From assembly GCF_000026545.1 (NCBI RefSeq), contig NC_011601.1: DNA of 64,000 bases; one strand, given 5' to 3'. Position numbers and translations under genes: made by a program. The DNA comes from Escherichia coli O127:H6 str. E2348/69. GTDB lineage: Bacteria; Pseudomonadota; Gammaproteobacteria; Enterobacterales; Enterobacteriaceae. The notes beneath the pieces were generated by a model. The model ran no database searches. It was not told the DNA's origin and saw only the letters and a list, made by a program, of their open reading frames with translations. Of the stretch, positions 1 through 13,413 are shown in pieces (within the stretch, counting starts at the first letter, position 1; each line of letters starts with the position of its first letter).

Positions 1-215
1 AGCAGGGCGCTTTTATCCTGTCAGTTCGTTTTACGCACTTCTTCCGGGCTATACACCCTTCTCGGCAGTTTTTTAACGCCGCTATACGCCTCACAGAGCG
101 CTGTAACCTGTAAAGTACAATATCGCTGTGTGTAGGCGTTATACATCGTCGCAAATATGATGAAGGACAATGCTGCCGGTTTATGGAAAAGTTCTTTTGG
201 GAAAACAAAAAACGG

Positions 216-227
216 CCCCAGAAGGGG
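216..227. repeat. 12-bp target-site duplication (left copy, ccccagaagggg) flanking the IS4-like element
   Basis: Identical 12-mer ccccagaagggg directly abuts both ends of the element (216-227 and 1372-1383). Confidence 0.8.
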
Positions 228-1371
228 TAATGCCAGTCAGTTAAGCAACTGACTGGCTCTTTTTCGGGGCTGTGGGGTATTTCCAGGGCCTCTCCTTTAC
301 CACTCTCGGGAAGGCCCTTTCCCTTCTTGTCGGTAATTTCACTAGTTGTCCCATACTTGCAAGATCGCGCATCAGCTCCGGTATACGTCCCGGTGAAGCG
401 CATGGCGTCCGTCATCGATGTCAGCAGATGGCAGACTTTTCCTTTGCGCGTCACGGTCAGCAGGCGGGCTGTCACCTCATTTCCCAGTCCCGGCCACTTT
501 TTTCGTGCCTGCGGGCTGGTTTTCAGCTTCACCAGATGATCGCCTTTACCCAGTTTTCTGATCTCTTCATATTGCGCTCCCTTTCTGAGAGGGAACATCC
601 AGTGGCGGTGTTCTCCCGCCAGGCTCCAGGTATTTAACAGTCCTGGTGAGTAATAACCTTTATTCATTAACGTCAGGGTGTTATCGCCGGTTTGTTCTAT
701 AAGTTGCTCAGCAAGCTCATTTCCGCTGTTCTTCATCGTGCCGAAGGCTGCAGTCGTCAGCAGATGGCTGGTCAGTTCCATCTGGCAGACCATTTTGACC
801 TGCGGGTAGAGCGCCGGGTTCCCGGCATGTGTCTGGCGGGGGAAGGCTGCATCGTTCTCTGGTGTATCCGGTGTGCGCCAGAACACACCATCGATGGCCA
901 GCAGGGTCAGGCCGCACCAGTGCGGATGCGGCGTGGCGTTATGCCAGAGCTGCGCTGTTTTCGTGAACACGCGGCGGACAGCCTCAATTCCCAGACGCTA
1001 GCGGGTCTGAATAACGGCACTGGGGCAACGAAGGGGCGATTGCCCGGCAGCATGATGTCCAGGCGATTCACAATCTGGTGAAGAGGTTCTTTACGCTCAA
1101 GCGCCATGCCAACAATACACCAGACCATCATTTCGAGGGGAAGACGGCGCTTGCGTAGCGTTACAGTACCTGATTCGGCAAGGCAACGAGAGATGAGTTC
1201 GGGGTCGAGGTAATCCCCCAGAGAAGTCAGTGGGTTACGCAGAGAATCGTAACGGGATACCAAACCAAGGGCCTGTCCAATGAGCATAAAAAAATCCGGA
1301 AACGAGTGAGCGTTTCCGGATTCTTACACAGCCACTGGAGCGGTCAACTGATCCTTAACTGACTGGCATTA
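228..1371 (-). mobile_element. IS4-family insertion sequence, internally deleted copy (about 1.14 kb)
   Basis: Terminal inverted repeats taatgccagtcagttaag (228-245) and cttaactgactggcatta (1354-1371); encodes an InsG-like transposase; flanked by a 12-bp direct repeat. Confidence 0.85.
241..1287 (-). pseudogene. IS4 transposase (InsG-like) pseudogene: in-frame TAG near 1004-1006 and about 0.28-kb internal deletion removing the YREK catalytic region
   Basis: Minus-strand translation matches recalled InsG N-terminus (MLIGQALGLVSRYDSLRNPLTSLGDYLDPELISRCLAESGTVTLRKRRLPLEMMVWCIVGMALERKEPLHQIVNRLDIMLPGNRPFVAP...) and C-terminus (...PELMRDLASMGQLVKLPTRRERAFPRVVKERPWKYPTAPKKSQSVA*); reading frame is broken between. 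Confidence 0.8.
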
Positions 1372-1383
1372 CCCCAGAAGGGG
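1372..1383. repeat. 12-bp target-site duplication (right copy)
   Basis: ccccagaagggg repeated; with the IS removed, the flanks rejoin as aacggcccc-agaa-ggggccgtt, a perfect hairpin plus T-run on the adhE strand. Confidence 0.8.
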
Positions 1384-1412
1384 CCGTTTATGTTGCCAGA
1401 CAGCGCTACTGA

Positions 1413-4088
1413 TTAAGCGGATTTTTTCGCTTTTTTCTCAGCTTTAGCCGGAGCAGCTTCTTTCTTCGCTGCAGTTTCGCCTTCTACATAATCACGACCG
1501 TAGTAGGTATCCAGCAGAATCTGTTTCAGCTCGGAGATCAGCGGGTAACGCGGGTTAGCGCCGGTGCACTGGTCATCGAATGCATCTTCAGACAGTTTAT
1601 CCACGTTCGCCAGGAAGTCTGCTTCCTGAACGCCAGCTTCACGGATAGATTTCGGAATACCCAGTTCAGCTTTCAGCGTTTCCAGCCATGCCAGCAGTTT
1701 CTCGATCTTAGCTGCAGTACGGTCGCCCGGTGCGCTCAGACCCAGGTGGTCAGCAATTTCAGCATAACGACGGCGAGCCTGCGGACGGTCATACTGGCTG
1801 AATGCAGTCTGCTTGGTCGGGTTGTCATTCGCGTTGTAGCGAATAACGTTACAAATCAGCAGGGCGTTTGCCAGACCGTGCGGAATATGGAACTGGGAAC
1901 CCAGTTTGTGCGCCATTGAGTGACATACACCCAGGAAGGCGTTCGCAAACGCGATACCCGCGATAGTCGCTGCACTGTGAACACGTTCACGCGCTACCGG
2001 ATTTTTAGACCCTTCGTGGTAGGACACTGGCAGATATTCTTTCAGTAGTTTCAGTGCCTGCAGAGCCTGACCATCAGAGAACTCAGATGCCAGTACAGAA
2101 ACATAAGCTTCCATGGCGTGAGTTACTGCGTCCAGACCACCGAAAGCACACAGGGACTTCGGCATGTCCATAACAAGGTTGGCGTCGACAATCGCCATAT
2201 CCGGGGTCAGTGCATAGTCTGCCAGCGGATATTTCTGACCAGTAGTGTCGTCAGTTACAACCGCAAACGGAGTGACTTCAGAACCTGTACCGGAAGTGGT
2301 GGTGACAGCGATCATTTTCGCTTTCACACCCATTTTCGGGAACTTGTAGATACGTTTACGGATATCCATAAAGCGCAGCGCCAGTTCTTCGAAGTGAGTT
2401 TCCGGATGTTCGTACATAACCCACATGATCTTCGCAGCGTCCATCGGGGAACCACCACCCAGCGCGATAATCACGTCTGGTTTGAAGGAGTTTGCCAGTT
2501 CTGCACCTTTACGAACGATGCTCAGGGTCGGGTCAGCTTCTACTTCGAAGAAGACTTCAGTTTCAACGCCTGCTGCTTTCAATACGGAAGTGATCTGATC
2601 AGCATAACCATTGTTGAACAGGAAGCGGTCAGTCACGATGAGCGCACGTTTGTGGCCATCAGTAATCACTTCATCCAGCGCGATTGGCAGGGAGCCACGG
2701 CGGAAGTAGATAGATTTCGGAAGTTTGTGCCACAACATGTTTTCAGCTCGCTTAGCAACGGTTTTCTTGTTGATCAGGTGTTTCGGACCAACGTTTTCAG
2801 AGATGGAGTTACCACCCCAGGAACCACAACCCAGAGTCAGGGAAGGTGCGAGTTTGAAGTTATACAGGTCACCGATACCACCCTGAGAAGCCGGGGTGTT
2901 AATCAGGATACGAGCCGTTTTCATTTTCTGACCGAAGTAAGAAACGCGAGCCGGTTGGTTATCCTGGTCAGTGTACAGGCAAGAGGTATGACCGATACCG
3001 CCCATAGCAACCAGTTTCTCTGCTTTTTCTACCGCGTCTTCGAAATCTTTAGCACGGTACATTGCCAGAGTCGGGGACAGTTTTTCATGTGCGAACGGTT
3101 CGCTTTCATCAACAACGGTCACTTCGCCGATCAGAATCTTGGTGTTTTCTGGTACAGAGAAGCCTGCCAGTTCAGCAATTTTATAGGCTGGCTGACCAAC
3201 GATAGCCGCGTTCAGCGCACCGTTTTTCAGGATAACGTCCTGAACAGCTTTCAGCTCTTTACCCTGCAACAGATAGCCGCCGTGGGTTGCGAAACGTTCA
3301 CGTACTGCGTCATAAACAGAGTCAACAACAACAACAGACTGTTCAGAAGCACAGATTACACCGTTGTCGAAGGTTTTGGACATCAGTACAGATGCAACTG
3401 CACGTTTGATATCAGCAGTTTCATCGATAACAACCGGAGTGTTGCCCGCGCCTACGCCGATAGCTGGTTTACCGGAGCTGTATGCGGCTTTAACCATGCC
3501 CGGACCACCAGTCGCGAGGATCAGGTTGATGTCTGGGTGGTGCATCAGTGCGTTAGACAGTTCAACAGAAGGTTGATCGATCCAGCCGATCAGATCTTTC
3601 GGAGCACCGGCAGCGATAGCAGCCTGTAGAACGATATCAGCCGCTTTGTTGGTTGCATCTTTTGCACGCGGGTGCGGGGAGAAGATAATGGCGTTACGGG
3701 TCTTCAGGCTGATCAGCGATTTGAAGATAGCAGTTGAAGTCGGGTTAGTGGTCGGAACGATACCGCAAATAATACCGATGGGTTCAGCGATAGTGATGGT
3801 ACCAAAAGTGTCGTCTTCAGACAGAACACCACAGGTTTTTTCATCTTTATAGGCGTTGTAGATATATTCAGAAGCAAAGTGGTTTTTGATCACTTTATCT
3901 TCGACGATACCCATGCCGGATTCGGCAACGGCCATTTTCGCGAGTGGGATTCGAGCATCTGCAGCAGCCAGAGCGGCGGCGCGGAAGATTTTGTCTACTT
4001 GCTCTTGAGTGAAACTGGCATATTCACGCTGGGCTTTTTTTACACGCTCTACGAGTGCGTTAAGTTCAGCGACATTAGTAACAGCCAT
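1413..4088 (-). CDS. adhE: bifunctional aldehyde/alcohol dehydrogenase AdhE (891 aa)
   Basis: Full-length ORF with N-terminal aldehyde dehydrogenase and C-terminal Fe-alcohol dehydrogenase regions; sequence recognisable as E. coli AdhE. Confidence 0.97.
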   Translation of the reverse strand: MAVTNVAELNALVERVKKAQREYASFTQEQVDKIFRAAALAAADARIPLAKMAVAESGMGIVEDKVIKNHFASEYIYNAYKDEKTCGVLSEDDTFGTITIAEPIGIICGIVPTTNPTSTAIFKSLISLKTRNAIIFSPHPRAKDATNKAADIVLQAAIAAGAPKDLIGWIDQPSVELSNALMHHPDINLILATGGPGMVKAAYSSGKPAIGVGAGNTPVVIDETADIKRAVASVLMSKTFDNGVICASEQSVVVVDSVYDAVRERFATHGGYLLQGKELKAVQDVILKNGALNAAIVGQPAYKIAELAGFSVPENTKILIGEVTVVDESEPFAHEKLSPTLAMYRAKDFEDAVEKAEKLVAMGGIGHTSCLYTDQDNQPARVSYFGQKMKTARILINTPASQGGIGDLYNFKLAPSLTLGCGSWGGNSISENVGPKHLINKKTVAKRAENMLWHKLPKSIYFRRGSLPIALDEVITDGHKRALIVTDRFLFNNGYADQITSVLKAAGVETEVFFEVEADPTLSIVRKGAELANSFKPDVIIALGGGSPMDAAKIMWVMYEHPETHFEELALRFMDIRKRIYKFPKMGVKAKMIAVTTTSGTGSEVTPFAVVTDDTTGQKYPLADYALTPDMAIVDANLVMDMPKSLCAFGGLDAVTHAMEAYVSVLASEFSDGQALQALKLLKEYLPVSYHEGSKNPVARERVHSAATIAGIAFANAFLGVCHSMAHKLGSQFHIPHGLANALLICNVIRYNANDNPTKQTAFSQYDRPQARRRYAEIADHLGLSAPGDRTAAKIEKLLAWLETLKAELGIPKSIREAGVQEADFLANVDKLSEDAFDDQCTGANPRYPLISELKQILLDTYYGRDYVEGETAAKKEAAPAKAEKKAKKSA

Positions 4089-4564
4089 AATGCTCTCCTG
4101 ATAATGTTAAACTTTTTTAGTAAATCATCTGCTCGAATACGAGAGTATAGTCAGTGCGGTGATGATTTGCTTAACCGATGGAAATCAAAAGCTTACTCGC
4201 GCTCACACTCACTGTGATTTACTAAAAGAGTTTAAACATTAGAGTTATTATCTCTAATGCGTCACTTCCAGGTGGCGTAAGCAAGATTACTCACTTCTGG
4301 GTACTGATTACGTGATCCAAATCAAATTTTTGCAAAGCTGACACCTTTCAGCATCGCTTTTCGCCATTATAGCTAACAGTTAATAAATTGTAGTATGATT
4401 TGTTGGATACATTATCATGTTTTGCACAACCAGATAACAATAACGAATGATAGCAATTTTAAGTAGTTAGGAGGTGAAAAATGCTGTCAAAAGGCGTATT
4501 GTCAGCGCGTCTTTTCAACCTTATTTATGGCTAACATTATCCGGCTTTTGCTTCGGAGCTAACC

Positions 4565-5212
4565 GTGATTCAGACCCTTTTTGATTTTCCCGTTTACTTC
4601 AAATTTTTCATCGGGTTATTTGCGCTGGTCAACCCGGTAGGGATTATTCCCGTCTTTATCAGCATGACCAGTTATCAGACAGCGGCAGCGCGAAACAAAA
4701 CTAACCTTACAGCCAACCTGTCTGTGGCCATTATCTTGTGGATCTCGCTTTTTCTCGGCGACACGATTCTACAACTTTTTGGTATATCAATTGATTCATT
4801 CCGTATCGCCGGTGGCATCCTGGTGGTGACAATAGCGATGTCGATGATCAGCGGCAAGCTTGGTGAGGATAAACAGAACAAGCAAGAAAAATCAGAAACC
4901 GCGGTACGTGAAAGCATTGGTGTGGTGCCATTGGCGTTGCCGTTGATGGCGGGGCCAGGGGCGATCAGTTCTACCATCGTCTGGGGTACGCGTTATCACA
5001 GCATTAGCTATCTGTTTGGTTTCTTTGTGGCTATTGCATTGTTCGCTTTATGTTGCTGGGGATTGTTCCGCATGGCACCGTGGCTGGTACGAGTTTTACG
5101 CCAGACCGGCATCAACGTGATTACGCGTATTATGGGGCTATTGCTGATGGCGTTGGGGATTGAATTTATCGTTACTGGTATTAAGGGGATTTTCCCCGGC
5201 CTGCTTAATTAA
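4565..5212 (+). CDS. ychE: MarC/UPF0056 family inner-membrane protein YchE
   Basis: 215-aa multi-pass hydrophobic ORF (GTG start in track) in the conserved position between adhE and oppA. Confidence 0.85.
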   Translation: MIQTLFDFPVYFKFFIGLFALVNPVGIIPVFISMTSYQTAAARNKTNLTANLSVAIILWISLFLGDTILQLFGISIDSFRIAGGILVVTIAMSMISGKLGEDKQNKQEKSETAVRESIGVVPLALPLMAGPGAISSTIVWGTRYHSISYLFGFFVAIALFALCCWGLFRMAPWLVRVLRQTGINVITRIMGLLLMALGIEFIVTGIKGIFPGLLN

Positions 5213-5949
5213 TTCCTTTCAAATGAAACGGAGCTGCCATGCTCCGTTTACTTCGTCATTATTTTTACTTTGTTCCTGCGCAGTTATCAAAAGCAAAAGG
5301 AATAGGTAAAAATATTCTTCTCAAATTACAGTTAGTTATAGGGATTTCCTTAACTGCTTCTCCTCACCATCATGTTATTTTCGCCACATCATAATCCTGG
5401 GCTTGCTGAAGAATAATTGAAATGATATTAGTAATTCCACTGCCTTTGGTAGAGGAAAGTGCTAAATAATAATCAATTGTTAAATTATTGTGCATTTCAC
5501 TACTGGAACTGTAATCAGAAAAGAGAGACATGCTTAACCAACCTCTATTTGATTGAATTGAAAGATGTTTGTTAAGGCATGGATGCAAGCTATAGATTCT
5601 GATACGGTCAATAAAAGAGAATTGCTTAACAATTTTGCAAAATGTATTGGCGAGTAAGAACCGCATTTGGTACTTTCCGGGCAACCGCCAGGCGATTCTT
5701 TATTGGTAATGAGAATAATTAACAATTAAAGATCGTCGCGAAAGAATAATGTGTCTCGACAGGGGAGACACAGTACGAATCGACATAAGGTGATCGTCTG
5801 AATCACCAGAATAAATAAAGTCGGTGATAGTAATACGTAACGATAAAGTAACCTGACAGCAGAAAGTCTCCTAGCCTGTGCAGGGTCCCAATCCGGGATT
5901 ACACATGCTGGTTAATACCAGTAATTATAATGAGGGAGTCCAAAAAACA

Positions 5950-7581
5950 ATGACCAACATCACCAAGAGAAGTTTAGTAGCAGCTGGCGTTTTGGCTGCG
6001 CTTATGGCAGGGAATGTCGCGCTGGCAGCTGATGTACCCGCAGGTGTCACACTGGCGGAAAAACAAACGCTGGTACGTAACAATGGTTCAGAAGTTCAGT
6101 CATTAGATCCGCACAAAATTGAAGGTGTTCCGGAGTCTAATATCAGCCGAGACCTGTTTGAAGGCTTACTGGTCAGCGATCTTGACGGTCATCCGGCACC
6201 TGGCGTCGCTGAATCATGGGATAATAAAGACGCGAAAGTCTGGACCTTCCATTTGCGTAAAGATGCGAAATGGTCTGATGGCACGCCAGTTACAGCACAA
6301 GACTTTGTGTATAGCTGGCAACGTTCTGTTGATCCAAACACTGCTTCTCCGTATGCCAGTTATCTGCAATATGGGCATATCGCCGGTATTGATGAAATTC
6401 TTGAAGGGAAAAAACCGATTACCGATCTCGGCGTGAAAGCTATTGATGATCACACATTAGAAGTCACCTTAAGTGAACCTGTTCCGTACTTCTATAAATT
6501 ACTTGTTCACCCATCAACTTCACCGGTGCCAAAAGCCGCTATCGAGAAATTCGGCGAAAAATGGACCCAGCCTGGTAATATCGTCACCAACGGTGCCTAT
6601 ACCTTAAAAGATTGGGTCGTAAACGAACGAATCGTTCTTGAACGCAGCCCGACCTACTGGAACAACGCGAAAACCGTTATTAACCAGGTAACCTATTTGC
6701 CTATTGCTTCTGAAGTTACCGATGTCAACCGCTACCGTAGTGGTGAAATCGACATGACTTATAACAACATGCCGATCGAATTGTTCCAGAAGCTGAAAAA
6801 AGAGATCCCGGACGAAGTTCACGTTGATCCATACCTGTGCACTTACTATTACGAAATTAACAACCAGAAACCGCCATTTAATGACGTGCGTGTGCGTACC
6901 GCACTGAAATTGGGTATGGACCGCGATATCATTGTTAATAAAGTGAAAGCGCAGGGCGACATGCCCGCCTATGGTTACACTCCACCATATACTGATGGCG
7001 CAAAATTGACTCAGCCGGAATGGTTTGGCTGGAGCCAGGAAAAACGTAACGAAGAAGCGAAAAAACTGCTGGCTGAAGCGGGTTATACCGCAGACAAACC
7101 GTTGACCATCAACCTGTTGTATAACACCTCCGATCTGCATAAAAAGCTGGCGATTGCTGCCTCTTCATTGTGGAAGAAAAACATTGGTGTAAACGTCAAA
7201 CTGGTTAACCAGGAGTGGAAAACGTTCCTCGACACCCGTCACCAGGGCACTTTTGATGTGGCCCGTGCAGGCTGGTGTGCAGACTACAACGAACCAACTT
7301 CCTTCCTGAACACCATGCTGTCGAACAGCTCAATGAATACCGCGCATTATAAGAGCCCGGCCTTTGACAGCATTATGGCGGAAACGCTGAAAGTGACTGA
7401 CGAGGCGCAGCGTACAGCTCTGTACACTAAAGCAGAACAACAGCTGGATAAGGATTCGGCCATTGTTCCTGTTTATTACTACGTGAATGCGCGTTTGGTG
7501 AAACCGTGGGTTGGTGGCTATACCGGCAAAGATCCGCTGGATAATACCTACACCCGGAATATGTACATTGTGAAGCACTAA
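5950..7581 (+). CDS. oppA: periplasmic oligopeptide-binding protein OppA
   Basis: ORF track 5878..7581; start moved to ATG 5950 (MTNITKRSLVAAGVLAALMAGNVALA signal peptide); first gene of opp operon. Confidence 0.95.
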   Translation: MTNITKRSLVAAGVLAALMAGNVALAADVPAGVTLAEKQTLVRNNGSEVQSLDPHKIEGVPESNISRDLFEGLLVSDLDGHPAPGVAESWDNKDAKVWTFHLRKDAKWSDGTPVTAQDFVYSWQRSVDPNTASPYASYLQYGHIAGIDEILEGKKPITDLGVKAIDDHTLEVTLSEPVPYFYKLLVHPSTSPVPKAAIEKFGEKWTQPGNIVTNGAYTLKDWVVNERIVLERSPTYWNNAKTVINQVTYLPIASEVTDVNRYRSGEIDMTYNNMPIELFQKLKKEIPDEVHVDPYLCTYYYEINNQKPPFNDVRVRTALKLGMDRDIIVNKVKAQGDMPAYGYTPPYTDGAKLTQPEWFGWSQEKRNEEAKKLLAEAGYTADKPLTINLLYNTSDLHKKLAIAASSLWKKNIGVNVKLVNQEWKTFLDTRHQGTFDVARAGWCADYNEPTSFLNTMLSNSSMNTAHYKSPAFDSIMAETLKVTDEAQRTALYTKAEQQLDKDSAIVPVYYYVNARLVKPWVGGYTGKDPLDNTYTRNMYIVKH

Positions 7582-7666
7582 TGGCAATACGTGGGGCAGG
7601 AGTGTCCTGCTCCACGGTGTCTGATTTTTATCGCATTACAGAAGGCACAGGCCAGAAGGTAGGGCA

Positions 7667-8587
7667 ATGTTAAAATTTATTCTACGTCGCTGTCTGGAAG
7701 CGATTCCGACGCTATTTATTCTTATTACTATTTCGTTCTTTATGATGCGCCTCGCTCCGGGCAGTCCTTTTACCGGCGAACGTACTTTACCACCGGAAGT
7801 GATGGCCAATATCGAAGCGAAATATCATCTTAATGATCCGATCATGACTCAGTATTTCAGCTACCTGAAACAACTGGCGCATGGCGATTTCGGTCCATCG
7901 TTTAAATATAAAGATTATTCGGTCAATGACCTGGTTGCATCCAGTTTTCCCGTTTCTGCCAAACTGGGAGCCGCAGCATTTTTTCTTGCGGTAATACTGG
8001 GTGTTAGTGCTGGCGTTATTGCCGCATTAAAGCAAAACACCAAATGGGACTATACCGTGATGGGGCTGGCAATGACCGGGGTTGTTATCCCCAGTTTTGT
8101 GGTTGCGCCATTATTAGTCATGATATTTGCGATCATTTTGCATTGGCTGCCGGGCGGTGGCTGGAATGGTGGAGCGCTTAAATTCATGATATTGCCAATG
8201 GTGGCGTTATCACTCGCCTATATCGCCAGTATTGCGCGTATTACCCGTGGCTCTATGATTGAGGTTTTACACTCCAACTTTATTCGTACTGCCCGGGCGA
8301 AAGGGTTACCTATGCGGCGGATCATTTTACGCCACGCATTAAAACCTGCTCTGTTACCCGTGCTCTCCTATATGGGGCCCGCATTTGTCGGCATTATTAC
8401 CGGTTCGATGGTCATCGAAACCATTTATGGTTTACCGGGGATTGGGCAATTGTTCGTTAATGGCGCATTGAACCGTGACTATTCCTTAGTGTTAAGTCTG
8501 ACCATTCTGGTTGGCGCGTTAACCATTTTGTTTAATGCCATTGTCGATGTGCTATATGCGGTTATCGACCCGAAAATCCGTTACTGA
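7667..8587 (+). CDS. oppB: oligopeptide ABC transporter permease OppB
   Basis: 306-aa ABC permease immediately after oppA. Confidence 0.95.
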   Translation: MLKFILRRCLEAIPTLFILITISFFMMRLAPGSPFTGERTLPPEVMANIEAKYHLNDPIMTQYFSYLKQLAHGDFGPSFKYKDYSVNDLVASSFPVSAKLGAAAFFLAVILGVSAGVIAALKQNTKWDYTVMGLAMTGVVIPSFVVAPLLVMIFAIILHWLPGGGWNGGALKFMILPMVALSLAYIASIARITRGSMIEVLHSNFIRTARAKGLPMRRIILRHALKPALLPVLSYMGPAFVGIITGSMVIETIYGLPGIGQLFVNGALNRDYSLVLSLTILVGALTILFNAIVDVLYAVIDPKIRY

Positions 8588-8601
8588 TACTGGAGCTCGC
8601 G

Positions 8602-9510
8602 ATGATGTTAAGTAAGAAAAACAGCGAGACGCTGGAAAATTTCAGTGAAAAGCTGGAGGTCGAAGGGCGCAGCTTGTGGCAGGACGCACGTCGACGTTTT
8701 ATGCATAACCGTGCGGCGGTTGCCAGTCTGATAGTGCTGGTGCTGATCGCGTTATTTGTAATCCTGGCACCGATGCTTTCGCAGTTTGCCTATGATGATA
8801 CTGACTGGGCGATGATGTCCAGCGCCCCGGATATGGAGTCCGGTCACTACTTTGGTACTGACTCATCCGGTCGCGACCTGCTTGTGCGCGTTGCGATTGG
8901 CGGGCGTATCTCACTCATGGTCGGTGTTGCTGCGGCACTGGTGGCAGTGGTCGTGGGGACACTTTATGGTTCGCTTTCCGGTTATCTGGGCGGTAAAGTG
9001 GATTCGGTAATGATGCGTCTGCTGGAAATCCTCAACTCCTTCCCATTCATGTTCTTCGTCATTTTGCTGGTGACCTTTTTCGGTCAAAACATCCTGCTGA
9101 TTTTCGTGGCGATTGGCATGGTTTCCTGGCTGGATATGGCTCGTATTGTGCGTGGGCAAACCCTGAGTCTGAAGCGCAAAGAGTTTATTGAGGCGGCACA
9201 AGTTGGCGGTGTATCGACGCCGGGCATTGTTATTCGCCACATTGTGCCGAACGTACTCGGTGTGGTGGTGGTCTATGCGTCGCTTCTGGTGCCCAGCATG
9301 ATCCTCTTTGAATCTTTCCTTAGCTTCCTGGGATTAGGTACGCAAGAGCCGTTAAGCAGCTGGGGTGCATTGCTGAGTGATGGCGCGAACTCGATGGAAG
9401 TCTCTCCATGGTTACTGTTGTTCCCTGCGGGATTCCTCGTGGTAACGCTGTTTTGTTTCAACTTTATCGGCGATGGCTTGCGTGATGCCCTCGACCCGAA
9501 AGATCGTTAA
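8602..9510 (+). CDS. oppC: oligopeptide ABC transporter permease OppC
   Basis: 302-aa ABC permease. Confidence 0.93.
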   Translation: MMLSKKNSETLENFSEKLEVEGRSLWQDARRRFMHNRAAVASLIVLVLIALFVILAPMLSQFAYDDTDWAMMSSAPDMESGHYFGTDSSGRDLLVRVAIGGRISLMVGVAAALVAVVVGTLYGSLSGYLGGKVDSVMMRLLEILNSFPFMFFVILLVTFFGQNILLIFVAIGMVSWLDMARIVRGQTLSLKRKEFIEAAQVGGVSTPGIVIRHIVPNVLGVVVVYASLLVPSMILFESFLSFLGLGTQEPLSSWGALLSDGANSMEVSPWLLLFPAGFLVVTLFCFNFIGDGLRDALDPKDR

Positions 9511-9521
9511 GGAGTGCAGCC

Positions 9522-10535
9522 ATGAGCGTAATTGAAACTGCAACTGTGCCGCTCGCACAACAACAGGCTGACGCACTGCTGAACGTGAAAGATTTGCGTG
9601 TCACCTTTAGTACCCCGGATGGCGACGTCACGGCGGTCAATGATTTGAATTTTTCGCTACGTGCCGGAGAAACGCTGGGCATCGTAGGTGAGTCTGGTTC
9701 GGGCAAATCGCAAACCGCATTTGCGTTGATGGGCCTGTTGGCTGCCAACGGACGTATTGGCGGATCGGCAACCTTCAATGGGCGTGAAATCCTCAATTTG
9801 CCAGAGCGTGAACTCAATAAACTGCGAGCTGAACAAATCTCAATGATTTTTCAGGACCCAATGACTTCGTTGAATCCCTATATGCGCGTCGGTGAGCAGT
9901 TGATGGAAGTGCTGATGCTGCATAAGAACATGAGCAAAGCTGAGGCGTTTGAAGAATCGGTGCGGATGCTCGATGCGGTAAAAATGCCGGAAGCGCGTAA
10001 ACGCATGAAAATGTACCCGCACGAATTTTCTGGCGGCATGCGTCAGCGAGTCATGATTGCGATGGCATTGCTATGTCGACCTAAGCTGCTGATTGCGGAT
10101 GAACCCACTACTGCGCTGGACGTCACCGTACAGGCGCAGATCATGACGCTATTGAATGAACTGAAGCGGGAATTTAATACCGCCATCATTATGATTACCC
10201 ACGATCTTGGCGTGGTGGCGGGGATCTGCGACAAAGTGCTGGTAATGTACGCCGGGCGCACGATGGAATATGGCAACGCGCGCGATGTCTTTTATCAACC
10301 CGTACATCCTTATTCTATCGGTTTGCTCAACGCGGTGCCGCGTCTCGATGCGGAAGGTGAAACAATGTTGACTATTCCGGGTAATCCGCCAAACCTGCTG
10401 CGATTACCGAAAGGTTGCCCGTTCCAGCCACGTTGTCCGCATGCGATGGACATTTGTAGTAGCGCACCGCCGCTGGAAGAGTTTACGCCTGGCCGTCTGC
10501 GTGCTTGCTTTAAACCGGTGGAGGAACTGTTATGA
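9522..10535 (+). CDS. oppD: oligopeptide ABC transporter ATP-binding protein OppD
   Basis: Walker A GESGSGKS, ABC signature LSGG-like FSGGMRQR, Walker B LLIADEP. Confidence 0.95.
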   Translation: MSVIETATVPLAQQQADALLNVKDLRVTFSTPDGDVTAVNDLNFSLRAGETLGIVGESGSGKSQTAFALMGLLAANGRIGGSATFNGREILNLPERELNKLRAEQISMIFQDPMTSLNPYMRVGEQLMEVLMLHKNMSKAEAFEESVRMLDAVKMPEARKRMKMYPHEFSGGMRQRVMIAMALLCRPKLLIADEPTTALDVTVQAQIMTLLNELKREFNTAIIMITHDLGVVAGICDKVLVMYAGRTMEYGNARDVFYQPVHPYSIGLLNAVPRLDAEGETMLTIPGNPPNLLRLPKGCPFQPRCPHAMDICSSAPPLEEFTPGRLRACFKPVEELL

Positions 10536-11536
10536 ATGCTGTAACCGAAGGAAGAAAAGTCCTCCTCGAAATCGCCGATCTGAAAGTGCACTTTGAAATC
10601 AAAGATGGCAAACAGTGGTTCTGGCAACCGCCGAAAACGCTCAAAGCCGTCGATGGTGTAACTCTTCGCCTGTATGAAGGGGAAACATTAGGTGTGGTAG
10701 GGGAATCGGGATGCGGTAAGTCCACCTTTGCTCGCGCCATCATTGGCCTGGTTAAAGCGACCGACGGTCATGTTGCCTGGTTAGGTAAAGAGTTGCTGGG
10801 CATGAAGCCCGATGAATGGCGTGCCGTACGCAGTGATATTCAGATGATTTTCCAGGATCCGTTGGCATCGCTGAACCCGCGTATGACCATCGGCGAGATC
10901 ATCGCTGAACCACTGCGTACTTATCATCCGAAAATGTCACGCCAGGAAGTTCGCGAGCGCGTGAAGGCGATGATGCTGAAAGTCGGTTTGTTGCCTAATC
11001 TGATTAACCGCTATCCGCATGAGTTCTCCGGTGGGCAGTGCCAGCGTATCGGGATTGCTCGTGCTCTTATTCTTGAACCGAAGCTGATTATCTGTGATGA
11101 GCCGGTGTCGGCGCTGGACGTGTCAATTCAGGCGCAGGTGGTCAACCTGCTCCAGCAGCTGCAACGCGAGATGGGATTGTCATTAATTTTTATCGCTCAC
11201 GACCTGGCCGTGGTAAAACACATTTCCGATCGTGTGCTGGTGATGTATCTCGGCCATGCGGTAGAACTGGGGACCTATGATGAGGTCTACCACAATCCGC
11301 TACATCCTTACACCAGGGCATTGATGTCGGCAGTCCCCATACCTGATCCGGATCTGGAGAAGAACAAAACCATCCAGTTACTGGAAGGGGAATTACCATC
11401 GCCGATCAACCCGCCTTCCGGTTGTGTTTTCCGTACCCGTTGTCCGATTGCCGGTCCTGAGTGCGCCAAAACACGTCCTGTGCTGGAAGGGAGTTTCAGA
11501 CACGCCGTTTCTTGCCTGAAAGTCGATCCGCTTTAA
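10532..11536 (+). CDS. oppF: oligopeptide ABC transporter ATP-binding protein OppF
   Basis: Walker A GESGCGKS, FSGGQCQR, LIICDEP; 4-nt overlap with oppD. Confidence 0.95.
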   Translation: MNAVTEGRKVLLEIADLKVHFEIKDGKQWFWQPPKTLKAVDGVTLRLYEGETLGVVGESGCGKSTFARAIIGLVKATDGHVAWLGKELLGMKPDEWRAVRSDIQMIFQDPLASLNPRMTIGEIIAEPLRTYHPKMSRQEVRERVKAMMLKVGLLPNLINRYPHEFSGGQCQRIGIARALILEPKLIICDEPVSALDVSIQAQVVNLLQQLQREMGLSLIFIAHDLAVVKHISDRVLVMYLGHAVELGTYDEVYHNPLHPYTRALMSAVPIPDPDLEKNKTIQLLEGELPSPINPPSGCVFRTRCPIAGPECAKTRPVLEGSFRHAVSCLKVDPL

Positions 11537-11588
11537 AAGCAATAAGGGCTGACAGTTGTCAGCCCTTATTCACGCCAAAAGCGATTAT

Positions 11589-13413
<1,825 letters not shown>

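Noticed and set aside
272-1081. Plus-strand ORFs 272..637, 327..539 and 692..1081
   Set aside because: They lie antisense to the IS4 transposase pseudogene, whose minus-strand translation matches InsG; treated as shadow ORFs.
2118-3629. 503-aa plus-strand ORF inside adhE
   Set aside because: Antisense to the clearly coding adhE frame; Cys/Arg-rich composition typical of reverse-frame artefacts.
5370-5725. Small minus-strand ORFs in the ychE-oppA intergenic region
   Set aside because: AT-rich leader/regulatory region of oppA; ORFs have no motifs or convincing starts.
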